Shown here: one piece after another, positions 36,362-45,065 of the stretch
How positions within the stretch are numbered: the first letter of the stretch is position 1
How the letters are laid out: the number at the start of each line of letters is the position of its first letter
Assembly: GCA_004321885.1 (NCBI GenBank)
Contig: SCQK01000014.1
Span: forward strand, 32,001-96,000
Reading direction: 5' to 3'
Length of the DNA stretch: 64,000 nucleotides
Origin: Patescibacteria group bacterium
GTDB lineage: Bacteria > Patescibacteriota > Patescibacteriia > Magasanikbacterales > GWA2-37-8
Program-made: the position numbers and the translations under genes
The notes under the pieces: generated by a model
The model's input: the letters and a program-made list of their open reading frames with translations, nothing else
Database searches by the model: none
What the model was told of the DNA's origin: nothing

Positions 36362-39300
36362 ATGCGAAGAGCGAAAATAATATTTTTCATTATTATCTTC
36401 GCCGCGTTCAGCTCGGCCGCCTTTGGCGGTCGTGTTTTGTCTTTTGACACCAATATCGCTCATCCAAACATCGCGACATTGGCCGTAAAGCTTTACAATG
36501 AGAATTTTGACCCGGATTTAACCGAGGAACAGACGCGTTGGATAGAGCAGGGAGCTGTTGCCGAGGACACGCCCAACCGGTGGTACAACCATTTTTACGA
36601 CCCGGTCTACAATCGTGGCATCTGGTTTGGCAAACAACATTTATCAGCCAAAAATTGGGCTGTTAATCCCCGAGCTCAAACTGGTTTTGCCTTGGGCGAC
36701 AAGAGCTGGCAAAGAGCGCTTGATGATTTTAGAAATAGTGATGAGGAAAAGGCATACAGGGCCCTGGGGCATATTATTCACCTTATTTCAGATATGGCTG
36801 TGCCGGCGCATACCCGAGACGACATTCATCCGCTCGGCGATTCGTTTGAGCAATTTGTGAAAAAGAATTGGGCCAGCGCGACAAAGAATTTGCGCTATGG
36901 AATGATATCTGTATCTGATTTAGATTCAGCTTTTGATTCTGTGGCCAATTATTCAAACAATAATTTTTATAGTGATGATACGATTGAAAATAAAAAATAT
37001 CAGAATCCAGATTTGAATCACATTATACTAAAATATGTGGAAGTTGGAAATGGCATTTCTTATAAATTTTTAGTCAATTCAGTTGGTGGTCAAGAAAGTT
37101 TGCTTTGTAGAACTAATAGCAATAAGAATTGGTTAGACACTCTTGGGGATGACATTCTAAAAGAGTGCAAAGTTGGTGATGATCTCGTTCTCACCGACTA
37201 CTCCCGCCACCTGCTCCCAAAAGCCATCGGTTACAGCGCCGGAATTATTAAACTATTTTTTGACCAAGCCAAGAGTGATAAGGAAGTGGGTAATTTGCCC
37301 GGCAAAAGAACTAGTTTTTCCGGATACCTTGATCAATTTCTTGGTTTCGCTGTCTCGGGAGCGGAAAAATTATACAGCGTGATTAAGATAGCGTTAGGAA
37401 TAGAGCCGGCTTATTCCGAGGGAAGCGCGGAGATTGAGGAACAAGCGCCCTCCCTCCCGCCAGAGGCAGGCAAGCATCAAGGGGAGGGAACGACCACAAC
37501 CACACCAACCACGCCAACCACGACCAACGTCGCGCAGACCACGACCAAACCCAAACCCCCCGCCACCATAAAAAAAGCGGTCGGGAGAAAGACCGGGGCG
37601 TCTGGCGCGCCGGTCGCTGGCTCCATAGTCCCCGACTTAGTCGGGGCTGTGGAGCCCAATGCCAGCACCCTGGCTCCACAGCCTCCTGCGGGGGACAATG
37701 GAGCCAGCCAAGAAGGAACGACGACCACGCCTGTGTATTTTCCTCCATCGTCAAGAGACGGGGGAGCGTATCCGCCAAATACCCCTCCCCTAATAGGGGA
37801 GGGAGATGTTGTGCCTACCACCACCCCGACACCCACCACCACCCCGTCTTCTACAACTACCCCTTCGTCCACCACCACCCCAACCCCCTCCCCCACCACC
37901 ACTCCCACCAGCACTCCGGCTCTGCCACCGCCACCGCTCGTCATCAGCGAAATCGCCTGGGCCGGCACCTCGGCCGCCAGGTCCAACAACGAATGGCTGG
38001 AGCTTTACAACAACTCCACCTCGTCAATAGATTTCACCTCGGGCTGGAAAATTTTTGTTTCCGGCGCCCAGCTCAACATCTCCAATTTTGTTAATCCAGT
38101 CATTTTACCAAAAACATATTACCTGTTGGAACGCACCGACGATTTTACGGTCAAAGAAATTTCCGCGGACGCGATTTACACCGGCGCCCTAAACAATAAT
38201 GGCGCGAAAGTGGAACTCGTCAATCCAAGCGGAGAAACCATAGACACCGTGGACGGCTCCTCGGGCTGGTTCGCGGGTCAGGCCAGTCCCAGTTACGCTA
38301 GTATGGAAAGAAAAGACCTCACCGCCAGCGGTACGAGTCCCGGCAACTGGCAATCCAGCATTGGCGGGCGCGCCACTGGCACGAGCGATGAAATGCCGCC
38401 CAAGCCCATCATGGGCTCGCCCAAACGCCCCAATTTCGGCTACATTGTGCTTACTGGTACCCAAGCCCAAACCACCCGCACACTCACCACAGACAACAGT
38501 CCCTATCTTTTGTGGAGTTACACTATTCCAGCCGGCTTTACATTAAACATCAATCCCGGCGTGGTGATAAAAAGTTACACCCAAAGCGCGGTGATGATTG
38601 TAGATGGGACGCTGAATGTTGGCGGGGGAGACAATAAAGTCATCTTCACCTCGGGCAAAGACCAGTCTTTCACCAGTCCCGACCTCAACCTGATAGACAT
38701 CAATTATCTTTGGACAACTCCCGGGCCGGCTGAAAAAGATTGGCAGGGGCTGTGGTTCAAGCCCGGCTCCCAGGGCAACATCGCCAATACAGAAATCAGA
38801 TACGCGGGCAAAGAGTTTTACCCCACCGGAGGCCCGGCCATGTCCCAGGGCATTCGCGCCGAATCCGGGCTTTCCCTATCAAACTCCACCATCGCCAACT
38901 CCGGCTCCGCGCTTATCTTTCTCCAAAATGCTTCTTCCACCATTACTAACACCAACTTCACCGGCTCCGATCTGGCCATAGAAGCCAACAATTCCCGGCT
39001 CACAATCAACGGCGCGCACTTCACGGGCTTTGGCTCACAGGGCCCTTTGCAAATCAAAGACGCCTGGCCCGAATTTTCCAATCTCACCTACACCACCGGC
39101 ACTGTGCCTTATGCCCGTTTGTACATGGTAAAAACCAGCGCCCCGCAGACCACGGCCAAAAAAGAAATCAATTACCTCTTTGACAACATTGAAGTGGCGT
39201 CTTCCACCACCTTAAACATTGAACCCGGCGCCAACGTCAAAATGACCAACAGCTCCATACTCACGGTCAATGGCGTTCTCAATGCCAATGGCACGCCCAC

Positions 39301-39805
39301 CGACCCCGTCAGTATCGGTCAATTTACCCCGGCCATTCCCAATACTTTATGGGGTTCACTCTACTTCACGGGCAATACTTCCACCATCAAATACACCAAC
39401 ATCTCTGGCGGCGGGCACATACCATCGGGCAGTGGCGTATTCGGCGCCATCACGGCGCAAAATGCCGAAGTCATCATTGAAAACAGCGCCATAAAAAACA
39501 CGGAACAGCCGGGCAATGCCATACAATCCGCCAACGCAGTCATTAGAATAAAGAACAGCGAGATTTCCAATGACACCAAGACGCGCGAAGACCCGCCCGC
39601 GGGCCCGTCGCCTTACAATATCGGGGTCAGCATCGGCGGCGGCAGTCTTCACCTGGACAACACCCTGTTCAAAAATCTCAACATCGGCTTGCAGGGAACA
39701 TACATATCTGGTAGTTTGCCACAGGTGGAGCTGGTCAACATGAATACATCCACTGCGTATTTTCAGAATGTGGGGCGGGTGATGAATCCGTTGGTATGGT
39801 TTTAG
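36362..39805 (+). CDS. Giant secreted surface protein: N-terminal Zn-phospholipase-C/S1-P1-like domain, P/T-rich linkers, lamin-tail domain, parallel beta-helix repeats
   Basis: Signal peptide MRRAKIIFFIIIFAAFSSAAFG. TTTTPTTPTTT and TPTPTTTPSSTTTPSSTTTPTPSPTTTPTSTP linkers. LTD motif EWLELYNNSTSSIDF...NNNGAKVELVNPSGETIDTVD. NxTIxNSGS beta-helix repeats. Confidence 0.6.
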   Translation: MRRAKIIFFIIIFAAFSSAAFGGRVLSFDTNIAHPNIATLAVKLYNENFDPDLTEEQTRWIEQGAVAEDTPNRWYNHFYDPVYNRGIWFGKQHLSAKNWAVNPRAQTGFALGDKSWQRALDDFRNSDEEKAYRALGHIIHLISDMAVPAHTRDDIHPLGDSFEQFVKKNWASATKNLRYGMISVSDLDSAFDSVANYSNNNFYSDDTIENKKYQNPDLNHIILKYVEVGNGISYKFLVNSVGGQESLLCRTNSNKNWLDTLGDDILKECKVGDDLVLTDYSRHLLPKAIGYSAGIIKLFFDQAKSDKEVGNLPGKRTSFSGYLDQFLGFAVSGAEKLYSVIKIALGIEPAYSEGSAEIEEQAPSLPPEAGKHQGEGTTTTTPTTPTTTNVAQTTTKPKPPATIKKAVGRKTGASGAPVAGSIVPDLVGAVEPNASTLAPQPPAGDNGASQEGTTTTPVYFPPSSRDGGAYPPNTPPLIGEGDVVPTTTPTPTTTPSSTTTPSSTTTPTPSPTTTPTSTPALPPPPLVISEIAWAGTSAARSNNEWLELYNNSTSSIDFTSGWKIFVSGAQLNISNFVNPVILPKTYYLLERTDDFTVKEISADAIYTGALNNNGAKVELVNPSGETIDTVDGSSGWFAGQASPSYASMERKDLTASGTSPGNWQSSIGGRATGTSDEMPPKPIMGSPKRPNFGYIVLTGTQAQTTRTLTTDNSPYLLWSYTIPAGFTLNINPGVVIKSYTQSAVMIVDGTLNVGGGDNKVIFTSGKDQSFTSPDLNLIDINYLWTTPGPAEKDWQGLWFKPGSQGNIANTEIRYAGKEFYPTGGPAMSQGIRAESGLSLSNSTIANSGSALIFLQNASSTITNTNFTGSDLAIEANNSRLTINGAHFTGFGSQGPLQIKDAWPEFSNLTYTTGTVPYARLYMVKTSAPQTTAKKEINYLFDNIEVASSTTLNIEPGANVKMTNSSILTVNGVLNANGTPTDPVSIGQFTPAIPNTLWGSLYFTGNTSTIKYTNISGGGHIPSGSGVFGAITAQNAEVIIENSAIKNTEQPGNAIQSANAVIRIKNSEISNDTKTREDPPAGPSPYNIGVSIGGGSLHLDNTLFKNLNIGLQGTYISGSLPQVELVNMNTSTAYFQNVGRVMNPLVWF
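37619..37656. mobile_element. 38-nt palindromic element GGCTCCATAGTCCCCGACTTAGTCGGGGCTGTGGAGCC inserted in frame (encodes [13 protein letters not shown])
   Basis: 100% identical, in inverse orientation, to 62514-62551 inside guaA. Both are read in the same frame by the host genes. Confidence 0.7.
37783..37803. repeat. In-frame palindrome CCCTCCCC-TAATA-GGGGAGGG
   Basis: Perfect 8-bp arms. Encodes PPLIGEG in the surface protein. Confidence 0.55.
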
Positions 39806-41298
39806 ATAAAATTTTCAAAAAAATTCAGGCAGTGGCCCAAAAAAATAAGACCCCGTGCTATGTGGTGGGCGGTTTTGTGCGCGATATGCTGATGGACAAG
39901 GCGCGGGAAAAAGACGTGGATTTTGTGATTTTGGGAAGCGGGCTGGGGTTTGCCAAAAAATTTGACCAGGCCATGAAGCAAGAGGGGAGTTTAATTGAGT
40001 TTCCGGATTTTGACACGGCGCGGTATATTTTGACCCCTTCTAAATCCTCCCCTTATCAAGGGGAGGATAACGAGCAAATCGTGCTGGAGTTCGCGGGCGC
40101 GCGAGGGGAAGAATATGACGAGAAAAGCCGCAAGCCCAGGGTAAAGCCGGCCACGTTAAAACAAGATTTAGAGCGCCGCGATTTTACCATCAACGCGATG
40201 GCCATGAGTATTGACGACTACCCCTCCGGCCGTCCGCCACAGGGCGGACGGCCGCCTCCCCTTATAAAGGGGAGGCTGATAGACCCGTTCGGCGGGCAGG
40301 AAGATTTGAAAAATAAAATTCTGCGCACGCCGCTTGACCCGGACAAAATATTTTCCGAGGACCCTTTGCGCATGATGCGCGCCGCGCGCTTCGCGGGCCA
40401 GCTTGGTTTTGCCATAGACACTTTTGCTTTGCAGGCCATTTACCGCAACCGCGAGCGCCTGAAAATCGTTTCGGCCGAGCGCGTGCAAGAGGAGCTGTTA
40501 AAAATGCTTTCCACGCCCGAGCCATCTATTTGTCTGGCTCTGCTTTTTCAAACCCACCTGTTGGATTTGGTGTTGCCAGAGGTGGCCAAGCTGGACGGGG
40601 TGGAAGAAATTTACGGCCACCAGCACAAAAACAATTTATCACACACCTTTAAAGTGGTGGACAATATCGCCGAGCGCTCGCCCAAAGTCATGTTGCGCTT
40701 TGCCGGCCTGCTGCACGACATCGGCAAGGCGTCCACTAAAAAATTTATTCCGCGTCAGGGCTGGACTTTTTACCAGCACGAGCACATGGGCAAAAAAATG
40801 GTTTATCAAATCGGCAAGCGCCTGCGCTTGTCCACGGACCACACGGATTATTTGGCCAAAATGGTGCGCTGGCACCAGCAGCCGATAAGCCTGATGGACA
40901 AGGGCATCACGGATTCGGCGGTGCGTCGCCTGATTGTGAATTTGGGTGATGAGTTGGAAGATTTGTTGATACTTGGCCGGAGCGACATTACCACGGGCAA
41001 TCCGTTGAAAAAAGAAAAACGCCTGGGCAATTACGACCGACTGGAAAAGCGCATTGCCGAGGTTTTGGAAAAAGATAAATTGCGCGCCTTTCAGTCGCCG
41101 GTGCGCGGGGAAGAAATCATGAAAGAGTGCGGCTTGAAAGCCGGGCCGACAGTGGGAAAAATAAAAGACGCGATAGAGGAGGCCATTCTTGACGGAATCA
41201 TACCAAATGAGTATGATAAAGCGAGGGAGTACTTGTTTGAAATTAAGAATAAGTATCTGGAAAAAGCCCAGGATTGGGAAAGAGTGAAAAATATATGA
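39796..41298 (+). CDS. cca: CCA-adding tRNA nucleotidyltransferase with HD domain
   Basis: VVGGFVRDMLM...DVDFV (PolyA_pol head), C-terminal HD motif FAGLLHDIGK. Contains two adjacent palindromic inserts. Confidence 0.8.
   Translation: MVLDKIFKKIQAVAQKNKTPCYVVGGFVRDMLMDKAREKDVDFVILGSGLGFAKKFDQAMKQEGSLIEFPDFDTARYILTPSKSSPYQGEDNEQIVLEFAGARGEEYDEKSRKPRVKPATLKQDLERRDFTINAMAMSIDDYPSGRPPQGGRPPPLIKGRLIDPFGGQEDLKNKILRTPLDPDKIFSEDPLRMMRAARFAGQLGFAIDTFALQAIYRNRERLKIVSAERVQEELLKMLSTPEPSICLALLFQTHLLDLVLPEVAKLDGVEEIYGHQHKNNLSHTFKVVDNIAERSPKVMLRFAGLLHDIGKASTKKFIPRQGWTFYQHEHMGKKMVYQIGKRLRLSTDHTDYLAKMVRWHQQPISLMDKGITDSAVRRLIVNLGDELEDLLILGRSDITTGNPLKKEKRLGNYDRLEKRIAEVLEKDKLRAFQSPVRGEEIMKECGLKAGPTVGKIKDAIEEAILDGIIPNEYDKAREYLFEIKNKYLEKAQDWERVKNI
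40046..40068. repeat. In-frame palindrome TCCTCCCC-TTATCAA-GGGGAGGA in cca
   Basis: Perfect 8-bp arms, encodes SSPYQGED. Confidence 0.6.
40227..40276. repeat. Tandem in-frame palindromes CGGCCGTCCGCC-acag-GGCGGACGGCCG + GCCTCCCC-TTATAAA-GGGGAGGC in cca
   Basis: 12-bp and 8-bp perfect stems sharing one G. Encode SGRPPQGGRPPPLIKGRL between conserved Cca blocks. Confidence 0.6.
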
Positions 41299-43022
41299 AA
41301 AGAAAATATTGGATTATCGGGGGAATAGTCGTGTTGGCCATCGGCGGCCTGGTTTATCGCGGCTACAAAAAAAGCCATCCGCCGGCGCAATACGAAACAG
41401 TGAAAATTCAGCGCGGGGATTTGAAACAGACCGTGGAGGTAACCGGCAAGGTGGAGGCAAACGATGATTTGTCTTTGCGTTTTGAGGTGCCTGGCACAGT
41501 GGGCAATGTGGCGGTAAAAGAAGGGCAGAAGGTTAAAAAAGGGCAGACACTGGCGTCTTTGCGTCTGGCCGACCTCAACGCGGCCGTGGCCCAGGCCGCG
41601 GCCAATTTGAACCAAAAATTAGCCGGCGCCACGCAGTCGGAACGGGATTATTACAAGGCCGTGATGGAACAGGCCCAGGCCGACTGGGATAAGGCCAAAG
41701 TGGACACGGCCGCCAGTATTGCCACAGCCGAGTCCGCGTACATCACCGCCAAAAATAATCTTAAGCTGGCCGAGGGCGGGGAAAACAGCCTCATTGTAAA
41801 TAACGCCTACGACAACGCCATCATCACGGCTCAAACTTCCCTTTCGGTTTTAGACGACGGCCTCACCCAGGCCGACAATATCTTGGGCATAGACAACACT
41901 CTGGCCAACGACAGTTTTGAAAGTTATTTATCTTTGCTTGACCTAAACAAATTAAATTTAGCAAAATCCTCTTATGCCACTGCCAAAGAAGCCAAGGCCG
42001 CGGCGCGCGCCGCGATTTCGGCTCTGGCCGTAAAAGTTTCCAGTCATAGCGATGTGGACAGCGCGCTCGTCAAAGCCGCCGATGCCGCGACCAGGATGAA
42101 TACCTTGCTTTCGCAGGTCTCGGAAGTTTTATACAACACCGCGCCCATGGGTTCGCTGACACAAGCCTCTTTGGACGCCAAAAAAACTACTATTGAAACC
42201 ACGCGCGCCAGCGTCAATGCCCAGTATAAAAAAATAGTGGAGGCCCAGCAGGCTATCGTGGACGCCAAGAGCAGTTATTCAAACTACCAGGTGGCCTATG
42301 ATAAAGCGGCCAAAGATTTAGCTGATGCCAAAGCCGCCGCCGAGAGCGCCCTTAAAATAAAAGAAGCGCTGTACAACCAGGCGTACGCGAATTGGCAGAA
42401 TAAAACTAGCCCCACCCGCGCCGTGGACGTGGCCGCCTATCGCGCCGCTCTGGCCCAGGCCGCGGCCAACAGAAACAAGGCTATCATCGCCGCGCCCATA
42501 GACGGCCAGGTGGCCAAGATAAACAAAAAAGTCGGCGAGCTGGTAACCTCGGCCGACGTGATGATAAATTTGATATCCCCGCATTTTGTGATAAAGGTGG
42601 ATGTGCCCGAGACCGATGTTTCCAAGCTGACCGTGGGCGACCAGGCGGCGATAACCTTGGACGCCTGGGGCAGTGACACAAAATTTTCCGGCGGGGTAAC
42701 GGCAATAGAATCCAATTCCACCGAGATTCAGGATGTGGTTTATTACAAGGTTAAAATTCGCATCATGCCGGCCAGCGCGCCGGTTAAAGCCGGCATGACC
42801 GCGAATATTACCGTGGACACGGATGCGCGCGCCGGAGTTTTGTTTGTGCCCCTACGCTCGGTGCGCACCGATGTGGAAGACAAGCGCTTTGTGAAGGTGT
42901 TAGAGAACGGCGAAGAGAAAGACGTGTACGTGAGATTGGGTTTGAAAGCGAATGAGGGGAAGGTGGAAATTTTAGAGGGGCTGACCGAGGGGCAGGAAGT
43001 GATTCTCTCCATAAAAAAATAA
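41295..43022 (+). CDS. HlyD/MacA-family periplasmic adaptor (membrane fusion protein) with long coiled coil
   Basis: N-terminal TM, biotinyl/lipoyl-like VKIQRGDL...GKVEA...GQKVKKGQTLASL, extended Ala/Gln-rich coiled coil, C-terminal beta-barrel. ATG 41295 overlaps the cca stop. Confidence 0.75.
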   Translation: MKRKYWIIGGIVVLAIGGLVYRGYKKSHPPAQYETVKIQRGDLKQTVEVTGKVEANDDLSLRFEVPGTVGNVAVKEGQKVKKGQTLASLRLADLNAAVAQAAANLNQKLAGATQSERDYYKAVMEQAQADWDKAKVDTAASIATAESAYITAKNNLKLAEGGENSLIVNNAYDNAIITAQTSLSVLDDGLTQADNILGIDNTLANDSFESYLSLLDLNKLNLAKSSYATAKEAKAAARAAISALAVKVSSHSDVDSALVKAADAATRMNTLLSQVSEVLYNTAPMGSLTQASLDAKKTTIETTRASVNAQYKKIVEAQQAIVDAKSSYSNYQVAYDKAAKDLADAKAAAESALKIKEALYNQAYANWQNKTSPTRAVDVAAYRAALAQAAANRNKAIIAAPIDGQVAKINKKVGELVTSADVMINLISPHFVIKVDVPETDVSKLTVGDQAAITLDAWGSDTKFSGGVTAIESNSTEIQDVVYYKVKIRIMPASAPVKAGMTANITVDTDARAGVLFVPLRSVRTDVEDKRFVKVLENGEEKDVYVRLGLKANEGKVEILEGLTEGQEVILSIKK

Positions 43023-43028
43023 ACCCCA

Positions 43029-43067
43029 CCCTGCCACCACACCAAAGATTTTGGTGTGGTGGCAGGG
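43029..43067. repeat. Strong intergenic hairpin CCCTGCCACCACACCAAA-gat-TTTGGTGTGGTGGCAGGG
   Basis: 18-bp perfect stem between the adaptor and ABC ATPase genes. Shares the CACACCAA/TTGGTGTG core with the inverted repeats bounding the tRNA-Gly intervening sequence. Confidence 0.55.
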
Positions 43068-43081
43068 GGAGGGGTATTTTT

Positions 43082-43804
43082 ATGTCGCTCATAGATGTTA
43101 AGAATTTGAGCAAAGAATACAGAAACGGAGAAGTGGTAACGCCGGTCTTGCGCGGGCTTAATTTTGCCATCCAAAAAGGCGAGTTCGCGGCCATTATGGG
43201 GCCGAGCGGTTCGGGCAAATCCACCCTAATGCATATCTTGGGGTTTTTGGACACGCTTTCCTCCGGCCAATATATTTTTGACGGCCGCGACGTTAGCACG
43301 CTTTCCGAAGACGAGCTGGCGGAGATGCGCAGCTGCTCGGTTGGTTTTGTTTTTCAATCCTTTAATTTACTGCCGCGCACCACTGTGCTTGATAACGCCA
43401 TTCTGCCTTTGATGTATACCAAAGACAAGCGCCCGGAGTGGTCGGCCAAAGCCAAAGCGGCGCTTGAAAGCGTGGGCCTGGGCCACCGCCTGCACCACAT
43501 GTCCGACCAGCTCTCGGGCGGGGAAAAACAGCGCGTGGCCATCGCGCGGGCGCTGATAAACAAGCCCGAGCTCATTTTTGCCGACGAGCCCACAGGCAAT
43601 CTTGATTCCAAATCCGGCTTGCAGGTCATGAAAATTTTTCAGGACTTGAACGCGCAAGGCCATACTGTAATTCTGGTAACGCACGAAAAATACACGGCCG
43701 AGCACGCCCAGCGCATTTTGCGCCTCAAGGACGGTGCGTTGGTGGGCGATGAGAAGGTGAGAGACCGCCAGCTCGCGGACGGAAACGGCGAATTGAGGAA
43801 ATGA
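43082..43804 (+). CDS. ABC transporter ATP-binding protein (MacB/LolD-like)
   Basis: [10 protein letters not shown] Walker [16 protein letters not shown] signature, [10 protein letters not shown] Walker B. Confidence 0.9.
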   Translation: MSLIDVKNLSKEYRNGEVVTPVLRGLNFAIQKGEFAAIMGPSGSGKSTLMHILGFLDTLSSGQYIFDGRDVSTLSEDELAEMRSCSVGFVFQSFNLLPRTTVLDNAILPLMYTKDKRPEWSAKAKAALESVGLGHRLHHMSDQLSGGEKQRVAIARALINKPELIFADEPTGNLDSKSGLQVMKIFQDLNAQGHTVILVTHEKYTAEHAQRILRLKDGALVGDEKVRDRQLADGNGELRK

Positions 43805-43823
43805 ATAGTGAAGGGAATACCTT

Positions 43824-45062
43824 ATGCACTACGGCAACAGCATGCATTGTTCGTGGAAAACGCTCGCGGCTAATAAGGCGCGTTCTTTTTTGTCTATGCT
43901 CGGCGTGATTATCGGCGTGATGGTCGTCATTATCATTATTTCCGTGGGCGCGGGCGCGCAAAGCTTGATTTTGAATCAGATCAAGAGTTTGGGCTCAAAT
44001 TTAGTCGGGGTTTTGCCCGGCCAGTCCGAGGAAAAAGGCCCGCCCGTGGCCGCCCTGGGCGTGGTTATCACCACTTTGAAATATGAAGACGGCAAAGCCA
44101 TTGCCCAGTCTGGCAATCCGCATATCATTGGCGTGGCCTCTTATGTGCGCGGCATTGATACGGTTGTTGTTGGAGATAAAAAAACAGATACGAATTTTTT
44201 GGGCACTACGGCCAGCTATATCAATGTGGAAGACGCGAACGTGGAAACCGGCAGATTTTTTACCGAGGAAGAAGAGCGGGCCATGGGCCGGGTGGCGGCG
44301 CTGGGCAGCCAAGTGGCGCAGGATTTGTTTGGCAATGATGACCCGCTCGGCAAACAAATAAAAATTAAGCGCACGCCGTTTACGATTATCGGCGTGATGA
44401 AAGCGCGCGGGGTGAGCGGTTTTCAAAACCAGGATAATCAGATTTTTGTGCCCCTGCCCGCGGCGCAAAAATTACTGCTCGGCATCAATCATGTCAGTTT
44501 TATGCGCGTAAAAGTTGACAGCGGCGAGTATGTGGACAGCGCCATGGATTTCGTGAAACAGATTTTGCGCGCAGAGCACGGCATTACGAACGCGGCTGAC
44601 GATGACTTTACCGTGCGCTCGGCCACCGATGGTTTGGCCGCGCTCACTCAAATTACCAATGCCCTGCGTTTTTTCCTGGCCGCGGTGGCCAGCATCGCGC
44701 TGGTGGTGGGCGGATTTGGCATAATGAATATCATGCTGGCGGCTGTTACCGAGCGCACCCGCGAAATCGGTTTGCGCAAAGCAGTCGGGGCGCGTCACAG
44801 CGATATCACGCGTCAGTTTTTGGTGGAGACCGTTACCATTACTTTGTCCGGCGGCATTATCGGGGCGCTGTTTGGCATTTTGCTCTCGGTAATCGCGGCC
44901 ACGGTGGCGCAAAATTTGGGCTATAAATGGGATTTGGTCGTCACGTTTTCCTCGGTGCTCTTTGCCGGCGCGGTGTCTGTCGCCATCGGACTTATTTTTG
45001 GCATTGTGCCGGCCCGCCGCGCCAGCCGCCTCAATCCGATAGAAGCCTTGCGGTACGAGTAA
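43824..45062 (+). CDS. ABC transporter permease, MacB_PCD + FtsX domains
   Basis: N-terminal TM, periplasmic domain, C-terminal FtsX-type 3-TM bundle with conserved AAVTERTREIGLRKAVGA. Confidence 0.8.
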   Translation: MHYGNSMHCSWKTLAANKARSFLSMLGVIIGVMVVIIIISVGAGAQSLILNQIKSLGSNLVGVLPGQSEEKGPPVAALGVVITTLKYEDGKAIAQSGNPHIIGVASYVRGIDTVVVGDKKTDTNFLGTTASYINVEDANVETGRFFTEEEERAMGRVAALGSQVAQDLFGNDDPLGKQIKIKRTPFTIIGVMKARGVSGFQNQDNQIFVPLPAAQKLLLGINHVSFMRVKVDSGEYVDSAMDFVKQILRAEHGITNAADDDFTVRSATDGLAALTQITNALRFFLAAVASIALVVGGFGIMNIMLAAVTERTREIGLRKAVGARHSDITRQFLVETVTITLSGGIIGALFGILLSVIAATVAQNLGYKWDLVVTFSSVLFAGAVSVAIGLIFGIVPARRASRLNPIEALRYE

Positions 45063-45065
45063 CTT

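Noticed and set aside
37383-37989. Minus-strand ORFs (131 and 170 aa) and a 74-aa + ORF within 37400-38030
   Set aside because: They lie over the Thr/Pro linker repeats of the giant ORF. Low-complexity Gly/Val/Pro translations produced by repeat composition.
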